This document shows, piece after piece, positions 1 through 11,757 of a DNA stretch of 64,000 bases. Each line of letters opens with the position of its first letter. Position 1 is the first letter of the stretch. Position numbers and translations under genes: made by a program. The stretch is from Zancudomyces culisetae HAW-14-8 (Eukaryota > Fungi > Kickxellomycota). Location: NCBI GenBank assembly GCA_052426225.1, contig JBNJNM010000011.1, positions 3,348,001 through 3,412,000 of the forward strand, written 5' to 3'. The notes below the pieces were generated by a model. The model had not been told where the DNA came from and did no database searches. It worked only from the letters and a program-made list of their open reading frames with translations.

Positions 1-446
1 GATATCTTGTATTTAGACTAAGTAACACTCAGAAAAATGCTTTTAGAACCAATCCAAATAACCCAAAACTGAAACGTAAGTACTTCTACTTTTGTTTTTT
101 TTTTCTTTACCCAGTTCAACTATAAAAAAAAAGTAAATTATTTGTACGTCTTGTTGATTTAGATTTGAGATACATTGAAACCAGAGCCAAAACCAAATTG
201 CTGGTGAGTGGTTGGTGGGGCCTCGCACGGCACATCAACTACACTGGAGACTGGCTTTTAGGTCTTTCTCAGTGTCTCGCCACAGGATTTTCGACGCCGA
301 TCACCTATTTCTTTTCTATATACTTTTTGATTCTGTTGGTACATCGTTTTTATAGGGATGAACACAAGTGTAAAGTGAAGTATGGCGATGACTGGGTCAA
401 ATACTGCAGCCTAGTTCCTTACAAGTTTATCCCATATATCTACTAG
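1..446 (+). CDS. ERG24: Sterol C-14 reductase (ERG24/ERG4 family), 3' part; exons <1..75 and 163..446
   Basis: Exon 1..75 reads YLVFRLSNTQKNAFRTNPNNPKLK; GTAAGT intron 76..162; then HLRYIETRAKTKLLVSGWWGLARHINYTGDWL...LLVHRFYRDEHKCKVKYGDDWVKYCSLVPYKFIPYIY, the ERG4/ERG24 C-terminal signature. Confidence 0.9.
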
Positions 447-707
447 TTTTAATTGCTCTATAAAAACATTTACTTTTTTTTCCAGGTATTCTGGCTATCT
501 TCTATTATCCTTGGTATAGAATACTAACAGAATTTCTCAAGTCTTTCTTGATATTAGCATATAAAGGTTTTTCCATTAAACAAAACAAAAAAAAACAGGT
601 GGGTAAAAATAAACATTTGAGATATCTGTACTTTATTTGGTATACAATCTTAAAGTCCTTTTAGTATCATATTAAAAGGTATATTATGCACGCTGACTCA
701 AAGATCA

Positions 708-3237
708 CTAAGGACTAATATGCGCACCCAGGCCTAGTATTCTTGTTGATAGAGAATTCAACTTTGAAATAATAATCTCCAACTTCCCCTGTTTTTGCTT
801 TGCAACATCCCTCAAATCACACAATCTTTTCTCTACTTCGTACAGCCTTTTATTCACCTCGATTAACTCGGAATCGCTAGGATTGTAAGTACTTAGTAAT
901 GACTGCATACCATATTCTTCACTTTTTTCGTCACATGCTTGTGCTCGACCTTCGAACTCTGAGTCCTTTTTCATTAGCATTATTTCGGACTTTGTTCTTT
1001 TGATTTCAGATGGCCTTGTTTTCTCTCGGAAAAAGTAATCAAACTCGTAATCACTCTTAGGCGAGTCTTTTTTGATTTCATTGTTTCCTCCAATGCACAA
1101 ATTGTTTGTAGTATGAGGGTTGATAGTATCCGTAGTGGTGGCTGTAGTAGTGGTGATGGCTGTGGCTGTGGTGTTACATTTATTTTTCATACTTATCAAA
1201 GCCTCGCACAGTTCGTCAAGTATCACTTCGCAACTTTCTACGCCTCCATAAAGGTTCAAGCTTCTGGGTTTTTTATTATCAGGTTGTGTTGTAGGGGTGC
1301 TTTCGGACTCTCTGCTTTTGGTGTGCTCAGATCCCTCTTTTTCTGTACCCGTATGGCACTTCATAGCTGTAGTATTTTCATCCTTGTAGTTCACCCTCGT
1401 ACGCTTGGCAAAATGTATACACCGGTCCATTTCCTCCCTATCCACCACAGTAGGTCTTTCTGTATACATTTGTGAACAGTGTTCGACTTCCCGACTACCA
1501 ATATCATACTGAGACTTTCGCTGCGAGCTGTCTCTGGATTTCGCCTTATACCAGTCGTAGTGCCTCTCGTTGTAGACTCCTTTGGGTATATATGGCATGT
1601 TGTGTCTATAGCTCATATTTGGAGTGTAGAAGTCTGGAAAATAGGCCTCATGATCCTGTGTTACTGACGGGTACCCTTTATCTACACTACTTAGCGCTGC
1701 TCTTGAGAAACCAAAGGCCCTGGAGTTTCCCCTATTACCAGCCAAGTTATAACTTTTATTTCCTTGGAAATAGCCGCGCTCAGAACATGGTAAACTTTTG
1801 TCTCCAACTACTGAAGAAAGTTCGTGACCCTTTGGCGCGAGATAAACGTTGGCGGTACTTTTTGTTTGGCGATTAACATTGGTTACCTGCATTTTAGATT
1901 CTTTATATCGTTTATACAATCCTTTAGTGTCCAAATCCTCCCTACTTCCAGAATTTTGGTTGGGCGTGTATTTTCTCAGATACATGGGAGGATCGTATGC
2001 AAGTATGTGCCTCTTGTTTTGGTACTCATTGTGTGAGCTTGCTGGGTCCAACATTCGCTTACCATTACGAGCACTATGCTGCCATGTATGAACCATATCC
2101 TGATCTTCATTATCTACATGGTTTCTATTTTGATAGTAATATGATTCTGGCTCATTGTAGAGATGCTTTTTTGAAAAACCTTCTGTTGAATGGAATGGTG
2201 CCTCTTGATGGTTTTGTGGTCTAAACCTACTCTCAGTATAACCATATCCTGTTGCCATATTGTTGTTTTTTACAGTATGCAGCATTTTTTTGTTTTTTTC
2301 AAGCGACTCTGGATTGTTTTTTATTGAGGTCAAAAAGTTACTGATACTTGGCAATCTCCCCGCATAGCTGCTAGTACCTGTGTGGTTTATCTCCTGTTCC
2401 CTCTCCTGTTTATGCTCATGCTCATGCTCCTGCGCATGTAACGAAGCGCTATTTATTTTTTCATATTTTTCATACTCACCCAATGTTGGCTCGGGTTTGG
2501 TAATTTTTTGCTCTACACCCGCCTTGGCGTATCTATAGCAGGTTAATAGTAAAGAATTACTTGTATTTTTTTATGCTTTATGGGTATTTTGGGGATGGAA
2601 ATTATTTTATGATATATAATAGATATAATTACTCTTTTGATGAGTTTGATGAGCTTCTCTTTTTTATCTGTGTAAAGTCAAGATAATGAGGAAACTCTTT
2701 TAACTTTTCTGGTAGACTCATATTAGTCATAGATAGATCCTAGTAAAGAGTACACACATAGATATGTTGGTATGCTATGCTAGTATTTTTACACACTCCG
2801 CAGCACCGATTTTAACCATAAATATTACTCACCCTATGTTTTGCCCACATGTTTTTCCACTTTATCCTACACTCTCTAATTGCCCTCCTTCGTCCATACC
2901 TTTTCTCCAATATTTTTACTAGGCGCTCCCATACTGATGCGTTACGTTTGTTTCTAAAAAAATCATTCTCGAGCATCAGCCAGGTTTTAACAAGCTCATC
3001 AGTTTCCTCTATGCTCCAGAAAGTACGTCCTGTAGTCAGTTTAGAGGTTTCCTGTACCTGACGGTAGTTAAATGTAGGTTTTGAACTCTTGACCAATCTC
3101 ATCCTCTTCAAAAACTCCTTCCTATCTTCTTCAAATAAAGATGTGTCCCTATGAAATTCAACTTCTTGAGCGGATCCTTCGTCACTGAGGTTTTCACAAT
3201 GCTCGTTTTCACTTTGGTTTTTCTTGGTTTTATACAT
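708..3237 (-). CDS. Myb/SANT-like (trihelix GT-type) DNA-binding protein; exons 3237..2833, 2739..2633, 2532..708
   Basis: WSIEETDELVKTW...VWERLVKILEKRYGRRRAIRECRIKWKNMWAKHR plus a short exon with KEFPHYLDF fit the Myb_DNA-bind_4-type pattern. Splice phases (0, 2) join in frame to the 591-aa ORF, which ends in a predicted coiled coil. Confidence 0.75.
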
Positions 3238-4231
3238 AGTTTGTCTGTCAACTTTCTGGCTTTGTGTCTTTTTCTTCTCTATCCAATTACAAGTAAAGAA
3301 ATGAAACGGAAGAAAAAAACAGTACGTAAATGATGGTACAGCAAGCTATTGGATCCCGATATTTCACGTTTGCAGTTGATCTAACTGCTTTATATTAATG
3401 ATAGTAGCGAGTGATAGTGATGGTAATAACGCTAGGCCTTCCGCTTTGACAGGCTATTCTATTTGCTTAACCCTCTTTTATACTTTTTGAGGTTAGTGTT
3501 TTTTGAATATTCTCTTTATCTAGCTTTTTTATTACAGGAAAAGGCTATTGGAACTGAAAAAAGTTTGGATACACGAAAAGTTAAAAATGTGGAAATAATC
3601 TGCTTATATAAAGTTATTCAAATATTTCCCTCTTTTTGGTATTATGTCTCGATGCTGAAGTTTATATGCAGAATATACAAACCAACCTGTGTACTCATCT
3701 AAACCTTTTACTTTGCTTTTTATTTTTAATCTGTTAGAGGGAAAATTGAGCAAATAAACAGTAAAACAATCCATTCCAGGCGCAAGTGATATGCGGCTGA
3801 TGGGAAGGGGAGGGGGGGTGGAAATAAATCATAAAATATCATCTGTATCAATGTAAAGCGTAGCGGATATTTTATTCACTCCAAGATTTTTAAATTAGAC
3901 CTGAACACCCCTACCTGTTTGGTCACTTTTTTCTCTGTTTAGAACAAAACATATTAAAACACTGCATGGTACTCAAAGTTATTCACAGCACAGTACTCGA
4001 TATTAATTTAATTTCCTTTCCATAATAAATCTTTATTTACTCGTTTTTGCAAATTATACATATAATAACGCAAAAGTTGCTCCACTATTGGATTTCTGCA
4101 CTCCTTTTAGTTTAAGCCAATTCCAGAACTCCTAAAAGGTATGGAACACTGGAAAAACTAGGACATTCACAAGAATCGAAATCTACCTCTCATATTCTTC
4201 ACCTTACTATTTTGGTAAACTTGAATGCACG

Positions 4232-4700
4232 ATTAATAACACGCGAACATTTGCCCCTAGGTTAACAAGCGGATAAGTGGGTATTAGCCTTACGCAGCTG
4301 TGCCAAATAGTCATGCAGACAAAGCGAGTTAAAAAAAAATTAAAACTTGAGAACTTGCATGACAAACAAAACGATTGCAAAGTATTATTTTGTATTAAAT
4401 GACCGTGGTGAGCAATGCTAGATGTTAATGTTTTAATTAATGGTATGCATATTTGTATTAATTTGAGCCTTGATTCAGATTCAGACCAGCTTATAAATAT
4501 TTTTATTTGATTGTCTCTGACAAGTTCATCATACCAACATGGCACATAAGGATCAACTCAAAGCCCCCTTTCCTTGTCTAACAGTAAAATGAGGTCTAAA
4601 AAAAACATTTTCTGTTAATAAAATGATAAAAGATCCCTTAGTCTCGATCCATTTAGAATGGTATGTTGTTGATACTTTTGCGCGATGCAAATCACTTACA
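4232..4700 (+). mobile_element. Degenerate LTR-retrotransposon gag/aspartic-protease relic (tentative)
   Basis: One frame with several stops reads ISLTQLCQI...NDCKVLFCIK*PW*AMLDVNVLING...NLSLDSDSDQLI...LSLDPFRM...AMQITY, resembling the retropepsin-like region of Ty3/gypsy polyproteins (…CKV…WA(M/I)LDTGA…D..SDQ.I…LGLDW…). No intact DTG and no LTRs seen. Confidence 0.35.
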
Positions 4701-7043
4701 TAGTTCAATTGCTGTAAGTTTGTTTTATTTGTGATCACAGGAAAAAAAAATACCAGTTTTAGGGCGCTACAAAAGTTTGTGAAAAAAGACGCCTCTCAAA
4801 ATGGTCTCTGTTCTACAAGCATAGAATATTTTAGCAGATCCTCCGAGTGAACTGAATCAGCAAACAGTATGCGCTCAAAAACAAAGACATTCAAAATAGA
4901 ATTTCAGAGTAAAATATCATGGTTATCTCGTGTCTCAAAATCCTTTTTTTTTTTGGTTGTCGGGCTGTTTTCCTGTTTTAGCAGGTTTTGAAGCTATTAA
5001 AATTAGGATAATCAAAAGCTATTAGTGACTTTTCATTTCTCTTCCCCATTACTCCCCCCCAAAAAACGTACACCTGATGGCCGGCTGCTCAACATTTGTC
5101 TTTTATCAGTTTGCATTCAACATATCAACAACACAAAAACGTTCATAGACCCCTTTACAAACGGATAACTCGCAATGCAAAAAAAAATTTTCTTACATGT
5201 CGATTGGGAATCAATACTGTTTATTTTAGAACTGGAAAGAAAAAAAACAAGTTCATATTTTTCTCTTCGAAAAAGAAATCCAGTTACCTCTAGTTAAAGG
5301 ATCAGTTTTGGGGGAGGTGGGGATGACTCCTTTTGAGTCAAAGCCTTATAATTTTATTACTTGTTTTGAGCCAAGAAGGGTTGTAGTCGGATAGAAATAA
5401 CTTTAGTGCTATACACATTTTTTTGGGGGGTGGAAGGTGATAGCGAAGCTTATATGGTTCTTCTCATCAACGTTTTATTTCCGCTTGTCGCCTATTATGT
5501 CTTATTTATCCTCATAAAACATCCTTTTAATTGGATACTTACCCGTTTGGGACTAACAGAATCTGCATTCGCGATTCGAATTCATTCATCCGCCAGCGGG
5601 TGAGTATAGTTTTTATCTACTTTAGATAAAGTCTAACTTTGGCTTTAAAGAACAAAATGTAAACACTGTTGTAGATATGTTGTGAATTATAATTAAAACT
5701 AATAGAACCATATTAAAACACAGGCTGAGTGACATCGATAACAGGTTTGATAAACAGCCTGTACTTTTTTTTATCGCAGAAAACCAATAATACTGTGGTA
5801 TACCATATTTAATCTGTGTTTTTTGTTGCGAGCTGCACTTCACTCTTGGTCCTTTGTTTTAGAAACTTCTTGCGCTCTATAAATAGCAAAGGTTCAAGAA
5901 AACGATACTTGGAGGTTTTAAGCCATGCTACTTGGGTGGTTTATGTGGTAAGCACTTGAGCAATACATTTTTGCACTCAGCCTTCTGCTAAGACTTTCGG
6001 GCAGATAAAAAAAGAAATTATGTTGGCAGTTTACATACGAGTATCCCCTTCATAGCATTCAATGAGTGGGGATATAAAGCGCGAGTTATTTTCAGAGGAA
6101 AGGCCGTGAAAGCATAAGTTTTCTGAAAGCTCTCTAGAGTATCCCCACAGGAACAAAAAACCCATGGTATGTTGTATGCGCTTTTTTTTGCAGTAATAGT
6201 ACAGGTTTAAATTTTTATTCTTGGTGTTAGTACTTCAAGTGATAAGGAGTAGAGAATTGATCAAGAACGCTAAACTATGAAATAGTAACAAAGACTAGTG
6301 GTACGGTCATATACAGTATTACTTTCTACCCTCTCCGCAAATTTTGCTTTTACGCCAACTGGTGTAATCAAATTGTATTTTTCTGATGAGTAAGTATACA
6401 CCTTGTGTTACCCCCACCGTCTTTGAAATGTCCACCTAAATCAAATATTGTCATATCCAAACATTTTCATTAGCGAGTGGACAGCGGTGAGCAAACAAAG
6501 ATCATAATCACTGCTTCTTGATAACTGAATGTGGCAATCTCTTAAATAACAGTAGGAAACTAAAATGAGAAGAGGGAGTATCTGCATTTTTGGTATGTGT
6601 ATTTTGGTTAGCGTATAGTTTTTATATTCCACAGTTTAATGGCATGAGTAATATACATTCTATACACTTCATACTCAGATAACTGCTAATCAAAAAATAA
6701 AAAATAAAAGAGTAGCGCTAACCCTTCTTGCGCATAAAAAGATAGTAATACCACTAAAGTACGCCCCATATTAAATAACTGTTTGTAGCCAAGGTCAAAC
6801 TTATAATAACTCTATATGTGTACATTTGAATGTATGTTAAATTTTGCTAAAAATCACTCGCTTCTCTAAAAAAAAAAGAGATATAAACGTTAAAAATCCT
6901 AAAAATCCAAACGGACCCATAATCGTATTAGATATACTCCCAACATACCTTCAAAAAATCAGAAACTGCAAAGTAGCAGAAGTTGTGTTTAAAATATTTT
7001 GGTATTCCAAGCGGCAAAACGGGTAAATCACTAATCGGAAAAA

Positions 7044-7772
7044 ATGGTGAATATTCAGAGCAAGATGGTACTTGTAGAAGACAAATATCTCCTCAAAATC
7101 AAAGATCTAGTTCATGGTATAAATTCTGATACCATGTATACACTAGCATCAGCAACTACTTCGGAATTGAAGAAATATCAGGTGGTCGAAGACATAATGC
7201 ACAACTACATAAAGCCAAAAAGGGACATTTTGAATGCACACTACGCACAGATAAAACTTGGAAAATTTAAATTGAGGCCAACCATCCTGGAGAAAATGGT
7301 AGCAGAAGCAAGGGTGCTTGAATGCGAATTGAGATATGTTGGGGAAGATATGTTATACTGTTTTAAAAAAATACTTCAAAACAGCAGTGATTATTGTATA
7401 GGCTTTAAAATCCTGTGCAACATGTCTATAGGTCTAATAATCAGATATATGGGAGAAACTGATCAAAGCGCCGATAGGGTGTATCACTTCAGGGAGGCAT
7501 TGGACTTTTATTTGGAAGCATTTGAGCTAACTAGAAACAAATATTACTCAAATTCGTACAATATTCTCGAGCTAATCTCTGCCATCTCCGATCTGTACTT
7601 TAACTATATTCATGAACCGACTGAGGGTTACGAATTTTGTATAAATGCACTAAAAGTGGAAGAGAGGTTTGTGACAAATGGGCACCTCAGTAACAATCAA
7701 AACTTACTTGACCTGATTGGAAAAGGAATGGAGCAAATCGAGAGGAAGTACAGACTAGCTTCCAAGAGGTAA
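7044..7772 (+). CDS. Highly diverged 14-3-3-like protein, copy A (242 aa, intronless)
   Basis: Colinear with 14-3-3: HNYIKPKRDIL~KNVIGARRASW; LECELRYVGEDML~IEKELxxICxDIL; FKILCNMSIGLIIRYMGE~SKVFYxKMKGDYYRYLAE; ALDFYLEAFEL~SLxAYxxAxEI; ILELISAISDLYFNYIHEP~RLGLALNFSVFYYEILNSP. Length matches a 14-3-3. Confidence 0.7.
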   Translation: MVNIQSKMVLVEDKYLLKIKDLVHGINSDTMYTLASATTSELKKYQVVEDIMHNYIKPKRDILNAHYAQIKLGKFKLRPTILEKMVAEARVLECELRYVGEDMLYCFKKILQNSSDYCIGFKILCNMSIGLIIRYMGETDQSADRVYHFREALDFYLEAFELTRNKYYSNSYNILELISAISDLYFNYIHEPTEGYEFCINALKVEERFVTNGHLSNNQNLLDLIGKGMEQIERKYRLASKR

Positions 7773-8920
7773 ACTTGGAAAGGCATTTTATACAGGCTAT
7801 AGAAGATCAATTGGCCAGATAATGCTTTGTGTAGACAGCTAGATGCGATAATGCCATCTTGTCTTTTATCCAGTGAAGAAAGTCCCTATTTATGTCTGAC
7901 TTTACCATTTGAGTTTTATGTTTTTATACTTGAAATTAATCGTTAATCTAATAAAATCCGGAAATTTTTTATCAAACTATGTTACCATATCCTAACTTTG
8001 TTATTAGCTTAATAGTGTTAAATGATTGTAGTGATAGTGATAGTGATAAATCGGATAAATGTATGTTAAAGAATAAACCTTTTAGTAACTTATACGTCTT
8101 TTGAGTATGCCATAGATTTCCAATTCAGGTTAAATCATACCATAAAGTAGCCTTGATGGCTAGCAGTTGTATGTTAAAAGAAGTCCACAAGAATCGCTAT
8201 ATTGATTATTTGAAATTAGACACACCACAAGTGAGTTGTAACTGCCCTGTATAATCGGTGTGTGAATAAACTCAAAAAACTTTTATATTTTTCAAGGATG
8301 ACTGGGTAGTTTGGCCTAGTATTTATACTTTCATTCTCGGATATATATAAAAAAAATCATCAAAATGTTATTCTGCTGGTGTTGTATGCTCACTCGACTT
8401 TGAACAACCAATAGTGGTATGATCTCGTTTTCTTTTTTTTTTTGCGCTGTAGCCAGTTGCTTATAGTATGTTATTTAAGGAGATAATAAAGATATAATCA
8501 TAAAAATTGAGTGATATGATAGATACAGAGGGTGGAGAGGAGTTGAGAGTATGACATTCATTGTGTGTGATATTTTTGCGTGTAAAACCATTTGAAGAAT
8601 GTCCTATTTACTTTTCTTGCTAATCTACATAGATCGAGGAGTGAAAAATTATCTGTGTGGCTTCAAGCTACATTACATCATATTTACTTTTTACATTTTG
8701 GCGAGTTGTGGTACATTTACAATATACTATTTGTTAGTTAACAAGAAGTTCGTAATCTTGAAAGCAAATTAAAAATACAAATAAAGCTACCAAGAAACAC
8801 AAATGCCCTATTTTTCATACTTCCTCTTACAGCTTTCATAGTTTATTAAATGCATTGACTTTATCCGTCCGTAAAGAGAGATATAACTTTTGGGTATTAA
8901 AGAAGAGAGCAGCAAAAAAA

Positions 8921-9781
8921 ATGTCACGGCTTTCAAAGTACTTGCTCTGGGATAACAACACGACTTATGGAATTAACACCAGAACGGTGGAGATTCTAAC
9001 AAACGTGCAAACCCACGAAACCGAAAAATATCAGGTCATAATGAAGTTGCTCAAGCAGTGTATAGAGCCAAAAAGGAAGATATTGAAAACCATAAAACTT
9101 CAAATGAGTGCTCCACCAGATGGACTCAAATATGCTTTTCAGTCATTAGAAAGAGAAAAAAATATAGTGAGAAAAGAGCTTGAATACATCCTAAAAGACC
9201 TTTTGTATTGTCTAAAGAGTTTAATGGTACCGGGCAACAACTCTAGTATATTACTCAGCATGCTCTTAAACAGGGCTATGGGAGAAATCCATCTCACGCT
9301 CGGAACATTAGAGGACACATATAACAATGACAAGGTTGATAGGAACGCTTATAGCCGTAGCGCTAATAAAAACAGTATTTGTGCAGTTTCTGTAAAAAAT
9401 GTTAAGAGTGGTACATTTGTAAATCCGGGGGAATACAGCAGAAAATCTTATACAAAAGCGATCGCGTTTTACAAAAAGTCAATGCAACTGGCAGATATGT
9501 GTCGACAGAATAGAAGTAAGCATGTTCTAGAAACGATAATAAAAGTGTGCGATATATACTGTAATTATCTCAGAGAACCACACTTTGGGTATAGTTTCGG
9601 ATCAACCCATTTGGAGATAGAGCTCAAATACATCCATCTCAACGAATATAGGAACATGAATAAATATTTAGTCACTATTTATGCAAATAAGAGAAAGCTA
9701 GAAAGATGGTGTAATACAGCGCTCACCAAAAACAATACTCTTGCATCTCTGTATGGATACAACCCTATATACTATGGCTAG
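8921..9781 (+). CDS. Highly diverged 14-3-3-like protein, copy B (likely ATG 8921, intronless), tandem paralogue of 7044..7772
   Basis: Shares KYLL...GIN..T...E..KYQV...I.PKR.IL...EL.Y...D.LYC.K...LE.I....D.Y.NY..EP..GY.F with copy A; ends KRKLERW~RDNLTLW; about 40-aa insertion after the helix-E equivalent. Confidence 0.65.
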   Translation: MSRLSKYLLWDNNTTYGINTRTVEILTNVQTHETEKYQVIMKLLKQCIEPKRKILKTIKLQMSAPPDGLKYAFQSLEREKNIVRKELEYILKDLLYCLKSLMVPGNNSSILLSMLLNRAMGEIHLTLGTLEDTYNNDKVDRNAYSRSANKNSICAVSVKNVKSGTFVNPGEYSRKSYTKAIAFYKKSMQLADMCRQNRSKHVLETIIKVCDIYCNYLREPHFGYSFGSTHLEIELKYIHLNEYRNMNKYLVTIYANKRKLERWCNTALTKNNTLASLYGYNPIYYG

Positions 9782-10051
9782 TCATATTTTCAAATTGCAC
9801 AGTTCCAGCCTCCCAAAGAAATATCTACTTTTTGAGTTTCCTGGGGGGGGGGGGTGCGGAGCTTACTGAGCGGGGTTCATTCTATATTTAAGCCAAATAA
9901 TATATATTGGTTTTTGATGTTTCTGAATATAAGACTGTAGAAATAAATAAACTACGTTTTAAATTTGTTTAAACTTTATAAGTTATTCTAAGCTCATGAA
10001 AAGAAAGTAATAAAAACATCACGGGGAAATAAATAACAACACTATCCAAAA

Positions 10052-10786
10052 CTACATGTTTAATGAACACAAATAATCGTTCATAATTGACTCCTCGCAG
10101 TCGAAATAATCCATAACTAAATCTTCCTCGTTTACTGTATCATTTGGCTGCCGGGAAAGATAAGCACTGTGACTCCCAGAATTGGGATGTGAAGGATAGC
10201 CATTAACTGGAATCTCTGTCAGAAGTTGGTGCGATGGTAAAAATGAGGTTTTGGTACATGTGGGAATATCGCTTTTCTGTGACAGTATTTCGTTGAATAT
10301 TTCAGTTTCCAAGTTTGATAAAAAGTCTGAATCAGTCTTTAAGCCCAAGTCTAGATTTTTATTCTGTATTTGAAATATTTCCCATTCTTGTTTAATTATA
10401 CCAAGTATTTCCTATTGTACAGAGTAAAAATATATTGAAAATAACTTTCAGATAATATTGAAAATGTCGGTTTTGATTAAAGTGTTAGGTTTTGTGATAA
10501 ATAGGCGTCTAATAGAATCAAGACTTACATTATCGTCAGGTGAACCGGTGGGTGTAAGAATACAAGATTTCGATATAGTCGAGTCGATGGGAAACGCGTC
10601 AATTCCCCGATGTGACTGGAAGGCTTTTAGGCGATTTAGATTAAATCTATCATAACACTTATCGCGAAACTCCGCTTTCCAGTTGTTTTTTGCATTTAGT
10701 CTTCTGTTGTAGTATGAGGAATTCGATAAATTTCTGAAATTACTCGCAGACGACCGTGGCGGAGAAGAGAAAGAACCGTGAGACAT
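10052..10786 (-). CDS. RPA-interacting protein (RPAIN/RIP)-like; exons 10786..10529, 10411..10052
   Basis: WKAEFRDKCYDRFNLNRLKAFQSHR matches the RPA_interact_N motif (WKxxFRxRCxxRxxxxR); phase-0 GTAAGT intron joins to IIKQEWEIF. Confidence 0.6.
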
Positions 10787-11320
10787 ATTAGTTGTAGTGT
10801 GTGATATGTATATATATTATAGTTTTCAAAAAAATATAGAAAAATGTGGTGAAACAAAATATGGAAGAGCTCTATGGTTATTGCTCAATAAAAAATGTTC
10901 GTGTTTACAACTCTGTTTTTACTCGGCTAGAAAAAAAAACGATTTCTTCTGCCAGTATCTATTCGATGTTCTCGATTCACGAATATTTTGCTACAAAAAA
11001 AGACTGTTCAAATGTTTAATAAAGCCAAACACAGCAAACAAGAACGCACTTACAAATGCTCATGCAATTGAAAAAAAACAAAGCCAGCCCACTAAACGAA
11101 TATATGGGTTTTTATGTCTGGAATTGGACCAAAATTTGCGATTTCTTATTTTTTTTCTAATTAGCTTATTTGCGTTCTCTTGAACATTTCACAAAATTAT
11201 AAGCAAATGTCCTGAAATACTGGAAAATTTTTTTAGTAAGCCCCCAAACAAACACGATAAAATCAATACAATAAAATACAATAAAATAAAAGTTAATAAA
11301 ATAGAGCAAAATAACACACA

Positions 11321-11711
11321 ATGGCTAGACACCATCCAGATCTAATCTTTTGTAGAAAACAACCAGGAATAGGTAAGTTATAGATTGTAGCATTGAAAAA
11401 GCACCATGAAACTAAGTATACAAAAAAATATAGCCATAGGGAGATTGTGCGAGAAATGCGATGGAAGATGCATAATTTGTGATTCCTATGTCCGGCCAAA
11501 AATACTAGTAAGAATATGCGATGAATGCAACTACGGAAGTTACCAAGGAAGATGTATAATCTGCGGAGGTAAAGGGATCAGTGATGCATACTACTGCACT
11601 GAGTGCACTAGCTTAGAAAAAGATCGAGATGGATGTCCAAAGATTATTAATTTAGGCCAATCAAGGACAGACTTGTTTTATGAAAGAAAAAGGCATGGAA
11701 ACATAACATAG
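11321..11711 (+). CDS. RDS3: PHF5A/Rds3 SF3b splicing factor; exons 11321..11372, 11434..11711
   Basis: Spliced product [39 protein letters not shown]...[14 protein letters not shown], near-invariant PHF5 sequence. Confidence 0.97.
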
Positions 11712-11757
11712 ATTCTAAGCAGTGAAAAAATAATAAAGTAGGGAGGGGACTGGTATA

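Noticed and set aside
2812-3237. PIF/Harbinger transposon
   Set aside because: No DDE transposase ORF, TIRs or TSD seen; the Myb exon splices into a long host-like gene.
10797-11183. 128-aa ORF between RPAIN-like and RDS3
   Set aside because: Non-ATG start, A-run-driven composition, located in a divergent promoter.
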